Below are positions 1 through 11,700 of a DNA stretch of 27,269 nt, piece after piece. A program made the translations under genes and the position numbers. The DNA is from Octopus sinensis (lineage: Eukaryota): assembly GCF_006345805.1 (NCBI RefSeq), contig NW_021833401.1, positions 1 to 27,269 on the forward strand. The letters are read 5' to 3'. The notes under the pieces are model-generated. The model was not told the origin of the DNA. It made no database searches and saw only the letters and a list, made by a program, of their open reading frames with translations. Each line of letters starts with the position of its first letter. The stretch's first letter is position 1.

Positions 1-105
1 TCCTTTCAGGGTCGATAATAAAGTACCAGTTGCGTACTGGGGTCGGTCTAATCGACTGGCCTCCTCCCCAAAATTTCGGGTCTTGTCCTAGCGTAGAAAA
101 GAATG
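1..105 (+). mobile_element. 3' part of a SINE (family C), cut by window edge
   Basis: TCCTTTCAGGGTCGATAATAAAGTACCAGTTGCGTACTGGGGTCG matches the body repeated at 2929-2990 and 3115-3170, but with a different 3' tail. Confidence 0.75.
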
Positions 106-215
106 AAGTGCTGGTCTCTCTGTATTACATCAAATACTTGTATTCTCTCCTTAGTAATGTGTTTGTTCTATGTTCTAAGCAAATGTATTTGCTAACACAC
201 ACAAACACACACACC

Positions 216-249
<34 letters not shown>

Positions 250-373
250 ACATACATACAATACATATATATATATATATATATATATCTATATATATAT
301 ATATATCTATATTATATATATATATTTGTATATATATATATATATATATATATATACTATATATATATATATT

Positions 374-437
<64 letters not shown>
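216..437. repeat. (TA)n microsatellite, interrupted
   Basis: Direct reading; preceded by a short (CA)n run at ~195-213. Confidence 0.95.
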
Positions 438-438
<1 letters not shown>

Positions 439-542
439 ACAGTACTGGGAGGATAAAAACGGAACGAAGCGACGAATCGAATCGAACCCGACGCGAAGGC
501 GCTGTCAGACAATAGTGTAATAAAAATAAAATATATGCATAC

Positions 543-577
<35 letters not shown>

Positions 578-592
578 ATATATAATTAATAT

Positions 593-837
593 TAGTGTAA
601 TAAATAAAATATATGCATATATACAAACATATATGTACGTACCTACATCTACATGTATATATACATGCATATATAATATATATACGTGAGTACATTCCCG
701 TTTTCGTTTCTCGTTGAGTTTACGTCTAGTTGTGGTGTCCTGTACTCACGTATATATATTATATATGCATGTATATATACATGTAGATGCAGGTACGTAC
801 ATATATGTTTGTATATATGCATATATTTTATTTATTA

Positions 838-842
<5 letters not shown>
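593..842. mobile_element. Fold-back element A: 102-bp inverted arms (593-694 / 741-842) with a 46-bp spacer, embedded in (TA)n
   Basis: TAGTGTAATAAATAAAATATATGC...ACGTGAGTACA is the reverse complement of TGTACTCACGT...TTTATTACACTA, with one mismatch seen. Confidence 0.85.
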
Positions 843-919
<77 letters not shown>

Positions 920-961
920 TATTATATATATATATATATATATACATATTTATATATATAT
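841..961. repeat. (TA)n microsatellite
   Basis: About 70 bp of pure TA, then interrupted TA. Confidence 0.95.
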
Positions 962-1560
962 AGTATGTATGTATATGTAAAAAATACAAACTGGGACAAG
1001 AACGCAAAACATTTAGAAGACGATACAAAAAACACGGACTGGACATTCGAAGCCTTCAATCTTCAGTCAAGAACCGGATCATCCTCGCAATTTCGGCTGA
1101 TTAATCTTGAGATTGCTCCGATCTGGCCAGCCCCAAAGGAAAATCTAAGCCAAGCGCTTTAGATTCCTTGGAAGAAAGCCTCGAATGTGTACAAAACAAG
1201 GACGGAAAAACAGACGATGTTATACGAATAAGAATACAAAAATACGTAAAAACAATAATGATAATAATAATAACAAAAACAGGACGTCACAGACAGGCGT
1301 CTATTCGACAGGACGAGTGAACTTTGAGCTGGCGTGTGAGAAAAATGCCTTAGGGCAAAGAGAGGAAAAAATACATACACACAAACACACACACACACAC
1401 ACACACATACATACATATATAATCAGCCGAAGTTGCGAGGATGATCCGGTTCTTGACTGAAGATTGAAGGCTTCGAATGTCCCGTCCGTGTTTTTTGTAT
1501 CGTCTTCTAAATGTTTTGCGTGCTTGTCCCAGTTTGTGTTTTTTTACGTTTACCTACTAT
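961..1560. mobile_element. Fold-back element B: ~130-140-bp inverted arms (~961/977-1103 and 1420-~1547/1560), flanked by (TA)n
   Basis: AAACTGGGACAAGAACGC...TTTCGGCTGATTA is the reverse complement of TAATCAGCCGAAGTTGC...GCGTGCTTGTCCCAGTTT with a few substitutions. The spacer holds unique sequence and a (CA)n tract. Confidence 0.85.
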
Positions 1561-1586
1561 ATATATATTATATATATATATATATA

Positions 1587-1637
<51 letters not shown>

Positions 1638-1703
1638 TATGCATGTATATATATATATATGTGTGTGTATATATATATATATGTGTGTGTATATGCATAT
1701 ATA
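1557..1703. repeat. Compound (TA)n/(TG)n microsatellite
   Basis: Direct reading. Confidence 0.95.
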
Positions 1704-1709
1704 TTTTTT

Positions 1710-1751
1710 CCTAGTTTCAGCTCAGAGCTGCGGCCATGCTGATGCACCGCC
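1710..1751 (-). mobile_element. 3' tail fragment of SINE family A
   Basis: GTTTCAGCTCAGAGCTGCGGCCATGCTGATGCACCGCC resembles the reverse complement of 3850-3890 (GGCGGTGCTCCAGCATGGCCGCAG...CTGAAAC). Confidence 0.75.
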
Positions 1752-1789
<38 letters not shown>

Positions 1790-1853
1790 ACGAAGACAGG
1801 TGGTGTAGAAAACAAACAGATGTATTAGTATAACGCTCAGGAATAGAAAAAGT

Positions 1854-1889
1854 CTTTTACGTTTCGAGCCTACGCTCTTCTACAGAAAG
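1854..1889 (-). ncRNA. Minimal hammerhead-ribozyme-like motif (variant core) in a ~135-bp insert (1787-1922) between (TA)n tracts
   Basis: Minus strand reads CUUU-CUGUAGA-A-GAGC(GUAG)GCUC-GAAACGUA-AAAG: 4-bp stem I, 4-bp stem II, palindromic ACGU in place of stem III, GUA triplet. Core position A6 is U. Confidence 0.5.
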
Positions 1890-2116
1890 GGACACAGAAA
1901 AAAACAAGGAGAGAAACAAGGATATATATATATATTATCAGTCGATTCCTTCTACAAAACCATCTCCCATCCTTTCCATTCTCTATGGAAATGGGGAAAT
2001 AATAACGGTAAACCGAATGTAATGAAAGTACAAGTCAGCCACAGTATTTTATATCATAGAATTATAAAAACAATTTCAGTAATTATCTCTCTTTTCATTC
2101 CTAATATCGTTAATTC

Positions 2117-2125
2117 ACTTACCTT
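2117..2125 (-). other. Candidate 5' splice donor AAG|GTAAGT
   Basis: Plus-strand ACTTACCTT is a perfect donor consensus on minus. It lies in one of the longest repeat-free stretches (~1940-2770). Confidence 0.3.
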
Positions 2126-2773
2126 TAAGATTTGTGATTGTTCCAGAGTTGTTAAATAAACTTCACTTTCAGCTGATAAAACGAATAAGCAGACGTGTCT
2201 CACTGGAAAAAATGTCGTCTGCCTTTTAATGTCACTTTCTAGTTTCGATAAACAGGCTTTCTTTCGTTTATTTCTGTTCTTTTCGTTCTGACAATTCAAG
2301 AAAAAACTTAGGATATTTCACAGTTGATTTCTTTTTGCACTGGATTCGAAAAGACGATGTCTTCTTAAAACAATGTCCCCAAATTTTTTCCAGTCTCTTA
2401 CAGATAAATGAACAATTTGAACTTTCTTTCTTTCTTACTGTAGAAATTGTCGTCAGGTTATTTCACTTCTCTTAAACACGTTCTTAAACTCGAGGTCTTA
2501 TATTGTTGTTTTTCTTTGCTTTTAAGATGATAACTAAACTATCAGTTTCACCCACAGCTCAGTTGTAGTAGTTTTTCAATCAACAACTGCTTCGTTCCAT
2601 CGATCTTCGTAAATAAACCACTTGAAACACGTCACTTGCATTAATACGCTTGGTTGACAAAATAATATTATTTTAAAGCAATATATCGATAGCTTTGAAT
2701 TTTTAATTTAGCTCAGAATAAATTACACTTAATGCCCTCGAAAGAGGTGCGTTTAACGAGTACAGTAAGATAA

Positions 2774-3234
2774 ATTTCTTTACTAGGGTCGATATAATCG
2801 ACTTAATCCGTTTGTCTGTCCTTGTTCGTCTCCTCTGTGTTTAGCTCTTTGTGGTTAGTAAAGAAATAGGTATTTCGTCTGCCGCTACGTTCTGAGTTCA
2901 AATTCCGCCGAGGTCGACTTTGCCTTTCATCCTTTTGGGGTCGATTAAATAAGTACCAGTTACGCACTGGGGTCGATGTAATCGACTTAATCCCTTTGTC
3001 TGTCCCTGTTTGTCCCCTCTGTGTGTAGCCCCTTGTGGGTAGTAAAGAAATAGAAATAGGTATTTCGTTTGTCGTTAAGTTCTGAGTTCAAACTCCGCCG
3101 AGGTCGACTTTGCCTTTCGGGGTCGATTAAGTAAGTACCAGTTACGCACTGGGGCCGATATAATCGACTTAATCCGTTTGTCTGTCCTTGTTTGTCCTCT
3201 GTGTTTAGCCCCTTGTGGGTAGTAAAGAAATAGG
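2774..3234 (+). mobile_element. Head-to-tail tandem (~2.4 units of ~185 bp) of SINE family C bodies
   Basis: GGGTCGAT(A/G)TAATCGACTTAATCC recurs at ~2786, ~2970 and ~3152. Each unit ends GTAGTAAAGAAATAGG. B-box-like GAGTTCAAATTCC at ~2894 and GAGTTCAAACTCC at ~3084. Confidence 0.85.
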
Positions 3235-3464
3235 TTTAAACGCTGAACTGAACTCTGAACTTTAACCATCAAATTCCCGAGACAAAAGGTTAAATCTCAC
3301 CTTAGTATCCAAATAAAGCCGACAACAACCAAAGCTAGTGACACGTCTATTGATCTTCTAACCCCTTCCATCTCTCTACTGTCTTTTGCGAGTCCCTGAA
3401 AGATATCCCATCACTTGAAGCCAACATACCTATATAGGCAAACTTAATTACAAACTTCTGCATG

Positions 3465-3915
3465 CGGCTGTGTGGTAAGTAGCTCGCTAACCAACCACAT
3501 GGTTCCGGGTTCAGTCCCACTGCGTGGCACCTTGGGCAAGTGTCTTCTGCTATAGCCCCGGGCCGACCAATGCCTTGTGAGTGGATTTGGTAGACGGAAA
3601 CTGAAAGAAGCCCTGTGGTATATATGTATGCATATATATATATATATATTATATATGTGTGTGTGTGTGTGTGTGTGTCTGTGTGTCTGTGTCTGTGTGT
3701 CTGTGTCTGTGTTTGTACCCCTAGCATTGCTTGACAACTGGTGCTGGTGTATTTACATCCCCGTCACTTAGCGGTTCGGCAAAAGAAACCGATAGAATAA
3801 GTACTGGGCTTACAAAAAAAAAGTTCCGGGGTCGATTTGCTCGACTAAAGGCGGTGCTCCAGCATGGCCGCAGTCAAATGACTGAAACAAGTAAGAGAGA
3901 GTGAGTAAAAGAGAG
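3465..3915 (+). mobile_element. tRNA-derived SINE family A with internal (TA)/(TG) microsatellite and (GAGTAAAA)-type tail
   Basis: A-box-like GGCTGTGTGG and B-box-like GGTTCAGTCCC; several copies in the window (22824-23508, 24725-24870, 25237-26107). Confidence 0.9.
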
Positions 3916-3922
3916 TATACAT

Positions 3923-5163
3923 ATGTATTAGTAAGTCTGTCTTGCATTTACTTGGCAAAGAGTATGGGACCATGCTGTGTTACAGAGCATGCATCCACCA
4001 TTTCTTGGTGACTCTCTGGCGGGTGACGCCTTAGCACCATTCAAGCGACAACTCTCCAACCCATGGGTCGGTGTGGGTAATCGTTTGTGGTGAGAGTTTT
4101 ACGATTTCAGAGGGCAAATCCAAACTCAATTTCTTTTAGTCGCCTTTATCGAAACACAAAGGAAACGCTCGGTCTATCCTTTGATATTCCGGTTCCCTCA
4201 CCACATTAGAGTAGACTGGGTTCAGAAAGAGTCTTCAAGAATTATACCCTGATTTATGAAAGTTACTGCTTCGATATTATTGAATGTTTTCTGGCAGAAT
4301 ATCCGCAAGTTCTTATTGCCAAGTTTCGGTCCCAAAAGTTATAATATTTTACTAATGGGTCTGTTGATAGTCAGTCTCTTCAGCTCTTTCTCTTTTCCTA
4401 CGCTGAGATTGCTTAGGTAGTCCAAATCATTTTTTTTTTTTCGGAGGCATTGTAGTAGGGTGAATTAATCTATAAGACAGGGGACTTAACTCATGTTAGC
4501 AAACTTACGGATTTCACTGATGTGAAAATTGGTAAAAGTTATGGTTGAAAAGCTATTTTTACCACTATCCGGGGGTGCCTTGGGAAAAATAAGTTGACAA
4601 AAGCACAGCCATGGTCGTGACCAATGTCTTCCTAAAATTGAAGGGACATGCGTGCTAATTTGTGGACGTGCATAAAGTACATTCACGTACACACACACAC
4701 ATTCTGCCTTTTATAGATATAGATTTTAATAAAAACACGTTTATAAATTTGTCCATCAGTGAAGGTGCGTAGATTAGTGGTTGGGTTTTGCATGCACGAT
4801 CGCCAGGAAGTGCGTTCGTCTCCCGGACCGGGCATCGTATTGTGTTCTTGTGCAAAAGGTTCCATTTCAAGTTACTCTAATGTGGTGAGGGGACGGGAAT
4901 ATCAAAGGATAGACCGAGCGTTTCATCTGTGTGTCGATAAAGGCGACTAAAAGAAATTGAGTTTGGATTTGCCCTCTGAAATCGTAAAACCCTCACCACA
5001 AACGATTACCCACACCGACCCATGGGTTGGAGAGTTGTCGCCTGAATGGTGCTAAGGCGTCACCCGCCAGGGAGTCACCAAGAAATGGTGGATGTATGCT
5101 CTGTAACACAGCATGGTCCCATACTCTTTGCCGAGTAAATGCAAGACAGACTTACTAATACAT
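3923..5163. mobile_element. Fold-back/TIR element C: 291-bp inverted arms (3923-4213 / 4873-5163) around a ~660-bp spacer
   Basis: The arms align as reverse complements over their whole length with scattered substitutions. Termini are TGTATTAG...CTAATACA; no target-site duplication (TSD) seen. Confidence 0.85.
4759..4869 (+). mobile_element. Old, diverged SINE family D head inside element C
   Basis: GTGAAGGTGCGTAGATTAGTGGTTGGG...CCGGACCGGGC...TTGTGTTCTTGTGCAAAAGGTTCCATTTCA aligns with the reverse complement of 24559-24662 and 24325-24419. Confidence 0.7.
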
Positions 5164-5616
5164 GTTGTGGTGTGTGCGAGAGATTTGAAATAAAGGCACC
5201 TACCTTCTCTTGGCTCAGATGGAGACCCTTCAGCGGTAACGGATCCTTCAACACAGCCCGACCCGAACGCTAGATATAGCAGCTGCTTCTCCCAACCTTA
5301 ACAACGGACGTCTTATATGGAGTGCCGAAATAGCTTGTGGTGTATGTGAGAGATTCAAAATAAAGGCCCCTACCTTCTCTTCGCTCAGACGGAGACCCTT
5401 CAGCGGTAATGGATCCTTCAACACAGCCCGACCCGAACGCTAGAAATAGCAGCTGCTTCACCCAACCTTTAACAACGTGATCACCCGTCTTAACCCCTCG
5501 ACGACCGGACTCGAAAAAGGCAGAATGACCTGCTCGCTGCGCACGCGCCACGGCTGCCCCTTTTGGTCAGCCCCAAGTTCCGGTCAGTTCCCCAGCTGCT
5601 GACGTCATCCCACACA
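5163..5616 (-). mobile_element. Solo-LTR-like element with an internal ~170-bp-period duplication
   Basis: TG...CA ends (TGTTGTGG / CCCACACA), GC-rich, direct repeat 5165-5307 vs 5335-5477. It carries CRE, NRF1-like and ETS-like motifs and a minus-strand TATAAGA. No TSD or minus-strand AATAAA was found, so orientation is uncertain. Confidence 0.4.
5538..5607. promoter_or_regulatory. Motif cluster: NRF1-like TGCGCACGCGC (5538-5548), ETS-like TTCCGG (~5578-5583), full CRE TGACGTCA (5600-5607)
   Basis: Direct motif matches in a CpG-rich patch; function untested. Confidence 0.35.
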
Positions 5617-5744
5617 TGTGTATGTGTATTTATTTATTTATGTATGTATATATGTCAATTGATTTATAGACTTGCATGTATATCTATGTCTGTCTAACTG
5701 TACATACACACACATGCACAGACATATAGGTTGTTTGTTTCTTA

Positions 5745-8700
5745 TGTTATAATAAACAATTTTATATTATATATATTATATAAGTTGTTATAAAAACAAC
5801 TTTATATTATATATATTATATAAGTTGTTATAAAACAACTTTATATTATATATATTATATAAGTTGTTAAAAAACACTTTATATTATATATATTATATAA
5901 GTTGTTATAAAAACTTATATTAATATAATTATATAAGTTGTTATAAAAACAACTTTATATTATATATATTATATAAGTTGTTATAAAAAACAACTTTATT
6001 ATATATATTATATAAGTTGTTATAAAAACAACTTTATATTATATATATTATATAAGTTGTTATAAAAACAACTTTATATTATATATATTATATAAGTTGT
6101 TATAAAAACAACTTATATTATATATATTATATAAGTTGTTATAAAACAACTTTATATTATATATATTATATAAGTTGTTATAAAAACAACTTTATATTAT
6201 ATATATTATATAAGTTGTTATAAAAAAACTTTATTATATATATTATATAAGTTGTTATAAAAACACTTTATATTATATATATTATATAAGTTGTTATAAA
6301 AACAACTTTATATTATATATATTATATAAGTTGTTATAAAAACAACTTTATATTATATATATATATAAGTTGTTATAAAAACAACTTTATTATATATATT
6401 ATATAAGTTGTTATAAAAACAACTTTATATTATATATTATATAAGTTGTTATAAAACAACTTATATTATATATATTATATAAGTTGTTATAAAAACACTT
6501 TATATTATATATATTATATAAGTTGTTATAAAAACAACTTTATATTATATATATTATATAAGTTGTTATAAAAACAACTTATATTATATATATTATAATA
6601 AGTTTGTATAAAAACAACTTTATATTATTATATTATATAAGTTGTTATAAAAACAACTTTATATTATATATATTATATAAGTTGTTATAAAACAACTTTA
6701 TATATATATATTATATAAGTTGTTATAACAACAACTTTATATTATATATATTATAAGTTGTTATAAAACAACTTTATATTATATATATTATATAGTTGTT
6801 ATAAAAACAACTTTATATATATATATTATATAAGTTGTTATAAAAAACTTATATTATATATATTATATAAGTTGTTATAAAAAACAACTTTATATTAATA
6901 TATTATATAAGTTGTTATAAAAACAACTTTATATTATTATATTATATAAGTTGTTATAAAAACAACTTTATATTATATATATTATATAAGTTGTTATAAA
7001 AACAACTTTATATTATATATATTATATAAGTTGTTATAAAAACAACTTTATATTATATATATTATATAAGTTGTTATAAAACAACTTTATATTATATATA
7101 TTATATAAGTTGTTATAAAAACAACTTTATATTATATATATTATATAAGTTGTTATAAAACAACTTTATATTATATATATTATATAAGTTGTTATAAAAC
7201 AACTTTATATTATATATATTATATAAGTTGTTATAAAAAACAACATTTATATTATATATATTATATAAGTTGTTATAAAAACAACTTTATATTATATATA
7301 TTATATAAGTTGTTATAAAACAACTTTATATTATATATATTATTAAGTTGTTATAAAAACAACTTTATATTATATATATTATATAAGTTGTTATAAAAAC
7401 AACTTTATATTATATATATTATATAAGTTGTTATAAAAACAACTTTATTATATATATTATATAAGTTGTTATAAAACAACTTTATATTATAATATTATAT
7501 AAGTTTATAAAAACAACTTTATATTATATATATTATATAAGTTGTTATAAAAACAACTTATATTATATATATTATATAAGTTGTTATAAAACAACTTTAT
7601 ATTAATATATTATATAAGTTGTTATAAAAACAACTTTATATTATATATATTATATAAGTTGTTATAAAAACAACTTTATATATATATATATAATTGTTAT
7701 AAAAAAAACTCTATATTATATATATTATATAAGTTGTTATAAAACAACTCTATATTATATATATTATATAAGTTGTTATAAAAACAACTCTATATTATAT
7801 ATATTATATAAGTTGTTATAAAAACAACTCTTTTATATATATTATATAAGTTGTTATAAAAACAACTCTATATTATATATATTATATAAGTTGTTATAAA
7901 AACAACTCTATATATATATATTATATAAGTTGTTATAAAAACAACTCTATTTATTATATTATATAAGTTTTTATAAAAACAACTCTATATTATATATATT
8001 ATATAAGTTGTTATAAAAACAACTCTATATTATATATATTATATAAGTTGTTATAAAAACAACTCTATATTATATATTATATAAGTTGTTATAAAACAAC
8101 TCTATATTATATATATTATATAAGTTGTTAAAAAACAACTTTATATTATATATTATATAAGTTGTTATAAAACAACTTATATTATATATATTATATAATT
8201 GTTATAAAACAACTCTATAATTATATATTATATAAGTTGTTATAAAAACACTCAATATTATATATATTATATAAGTTGTTATAAAAACAACTCTATATTA
8301 TATATATTATATAAGTTGTTATAAAACAACTCTATATTTATATTTTATATAGTTGTTATAAAAACAACTCTATATTATATATGTTATATAAGTTGTTATA
8401 AAAACAACTCTATATTATATATGTTATATAAGTTGTTATAAAAACAACTCTATATTATATATGTTATATAAGTTGTTATAAAAACAACTCTATATTATAT
8501 ATGTTATATAAGTTGTTATAAAAACAACTCTATATTATATATGTTATATAAGTTGTTATAAAAACAACTCTATATTATATATGTTATATAAGTTGTTATA
8601 AAAACAACTCTATATTATATATATTATATAAGTTGTTATAAAAACAACTTTATATTATATATATTATTATTGTGTTATAAAAAACAACTTTATATTATAT

Positions 8701-11700
8701 ATATTATATAAGTTGTTATAAAACAACTTTATATTATATATTATATAAGTTGTTAAAAACAACTTTATATTATATATATTATATAAGTTGTTATAAAAAC
8801 AACTTTATATTATATATATTATATAAGTTGTTATAAAAACAACTTTTATTATTATATATATAAGTTGTTATAAAAACAACTTTATATTATATATATTATA
8901 TAAGTTGTTATAAAAACAACTCTATATTATATATAGTATATAAGTTGTTATAAAAACAACTCTATATTATATATATTATATAAGTTGTTATAAAAACAAC
9001 TCTATATTATATATATTATATAAGTTGTTATAAAAACAACTCTATATTATATATATATAAGTTGTTATAAAAACAACTCTATATTATATATATTATATAA
9101 GTTGTTATAAAAACAACTCTATATTATATATATTATATAAGTTGTTATAAAAACAACTCTATATTATATATATTATATAAGTTGTTATTAAAACAACTCT
9201 ATATTATATATATTATATAAGTTGTTATAAAAACAACTCTATATTATATATTTATAATAAGTTGTATAAAAACAACTCTATATTATATATATTATATAAG
9301 TTGTTATAAAAACAACTCTATATTATATATATTATATAAGTTGTTATAAAAACAACTCTATATTATATATATTATATAAGTTGTTATAAAAACAACTCTA
9401 TATTATATATATTATATAAGTTGTTATAAAAACAACTCTATATTATATATATTATATAAGTTGTTATAAAAACAACTCTATATTATATATATTATATAAG
9501 TTGTTATAAAAACAACTCTATATATATATTATATAAGTTGTTATAAAAACAACTCTATTATATATATTATATAAGTTGTTATAAAAACAACTCTATATTA
9601 TATAATTATATAAGTTGTTATAAAAACAACTCTATATTATATATATTATATAAGTTGTTATAAAAACAACTCTATATTATATATATTATATAAGTTGTTA
9701 TAAAAACAACTCTATATTATATATTATATAAGTTGTTATAAAAACAACTCTATATTATATATATTATATAAGTTGTTATAAAAACAACTCTATATTATAT
9801 ATATTATATAAGTTGTTATAAAAACAACTCTTATATTATATATATATATAAGTTGTTATAAAAACAACTCTATATTATAATATTATATAAGTTGTTATAA
9901 AAACAACTCTATATTATATATATTATATAAGTTGTTATAAAAACAACTCTATATATATATATTATATAAGTTGTTATAAAAACAACTCTATATTATATAT
10001 ATATATAAGTTGTTATAAAAAACAACTCTATATTATATATATTATATAGTTGTTATAAAAACAACTCTATATTATATATATTATATAAGTTGTTATAAAA
10101 ACAACTCTATATTATATATATTATATAAGTTGTTATAAAAACAATCTATATTATATATATTATATAAGTTGTTATAAAAACAACTCTATATTATATATAT
10201 TATATAAGTTGTTATAAAAACAACTCTATTATTATATTATTTAAGTTGTTATAAAAACAACTTTATATATATATTATATAAGTTGTTATAAAAACAATTT
10301 ATATTATATATATTATATAAGTTGTTATAAAAACAACTTTATATTATATATATTATATAAGTTGTTATAAAAACAACTTTATATTATATATATTATATAA
10401 GTGTTATAAAAACAACTTATATTATATATATATATAGTTGTTATAAAACAACTTTATATTATATATATTATATAAGTTGTTATAAAAACAACTTTATATT
10501 ATATATATTATATAAGTTGTTATAAAAACAACTTTATTTATATATATTATATAAGTTGTTATAAAAACAACTTTATATTATATATATTATATAAGTTGTT
10601 ATAAAAAAAACTTTATATTATATATATTATATAAGTTGTTATAAAACAACTTTATATTATATATATTATATAAGTTGTTATAAAAACAACTTTATATTAT
10701 ATATATTATATAAGTTGTTATAAAACAACTTTATATTATATATATTATATAAGTTGTTAAAAAACAACTTTATATTATAATATATATAAGTTGTTATAAA
10801 AACAACTTTATATTATATATATTATATAAGTTGTTATAAAAAACAACTTTATATATATATTATATAAGTTGTTATAAAAACAACTTATATTATATATATT
10901 ATAAAGTTGTTATAAAAACAACTTATATTATATATATTATATAAGTTGTTATAAAAACAACTTTATATTATATATATTATATAAGTTGTTATAAAAACAC
11001 ACTTTATATTATATATATTATATAAGTTGTTATAAAAAAACAACTTTATATTATATATATTAATAAGTTGTTATAAACAACTTTATATTATATATATTAT
11101 ATAAGTTGTTATAAAAACAACTTTATATTATATATATTATATAAGTTGTTATAAAAACAACTTTATATTATATATATTATATAAGTTGTTATAAAAACAA
11201 CTTTATATTATATATTATATAAGTTTTTATAAAAACAACTTTATATTATATATATTATATAAGTTGTTATAAAAACAACTCTATATTATATATATTAATA
11301 AGTTGTTATAAAAACAACTCTATATTATATATATTATATAAGTGTTATAAAAACAACTCTATATTATATATATTATATAAGTTGTTATAAAAACAACTCT
11401 ATATTATATATATTATATAAGTTGTTATAAAAACAACTCTATATTATATATATTATATAAGTTGTTATAAAAACAACTCTATATTATATATATTATATAA
11501 GTTGTTATAAAAACAACTCTTATATTATATATATTATATAAGTTGTTATAAAAACACTCTATATTATATATATTATATAAGTTGTTATAAAAACAACTCT
11601 ATATTTTATATATATTATATAAGTTGTTATAAAACAACTTATATTATATATATTATATAAGTTGTTATAAAACAACTCTATAATTATATATATATTATAA

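Noticed and set aside
30-1788. Many ORFs rich in YI/CV/HT dipeptides
   Set aside because: They are translations of (TA)n/(TG)n/(CA)n microsatellites, which lack stop codons.
2054-2299. 81-aa minus-strand ORF
   Set aside because: Non-ATG start, no recognisable motif, and it reads through the candidate splice donor.
4214-4872. Transposase or GIY-YIG remnant in the spacer of element C
   Set aside because: No catalytic motifs are recognisable; the ORFs there overlap an old SINE head and a CA tract.
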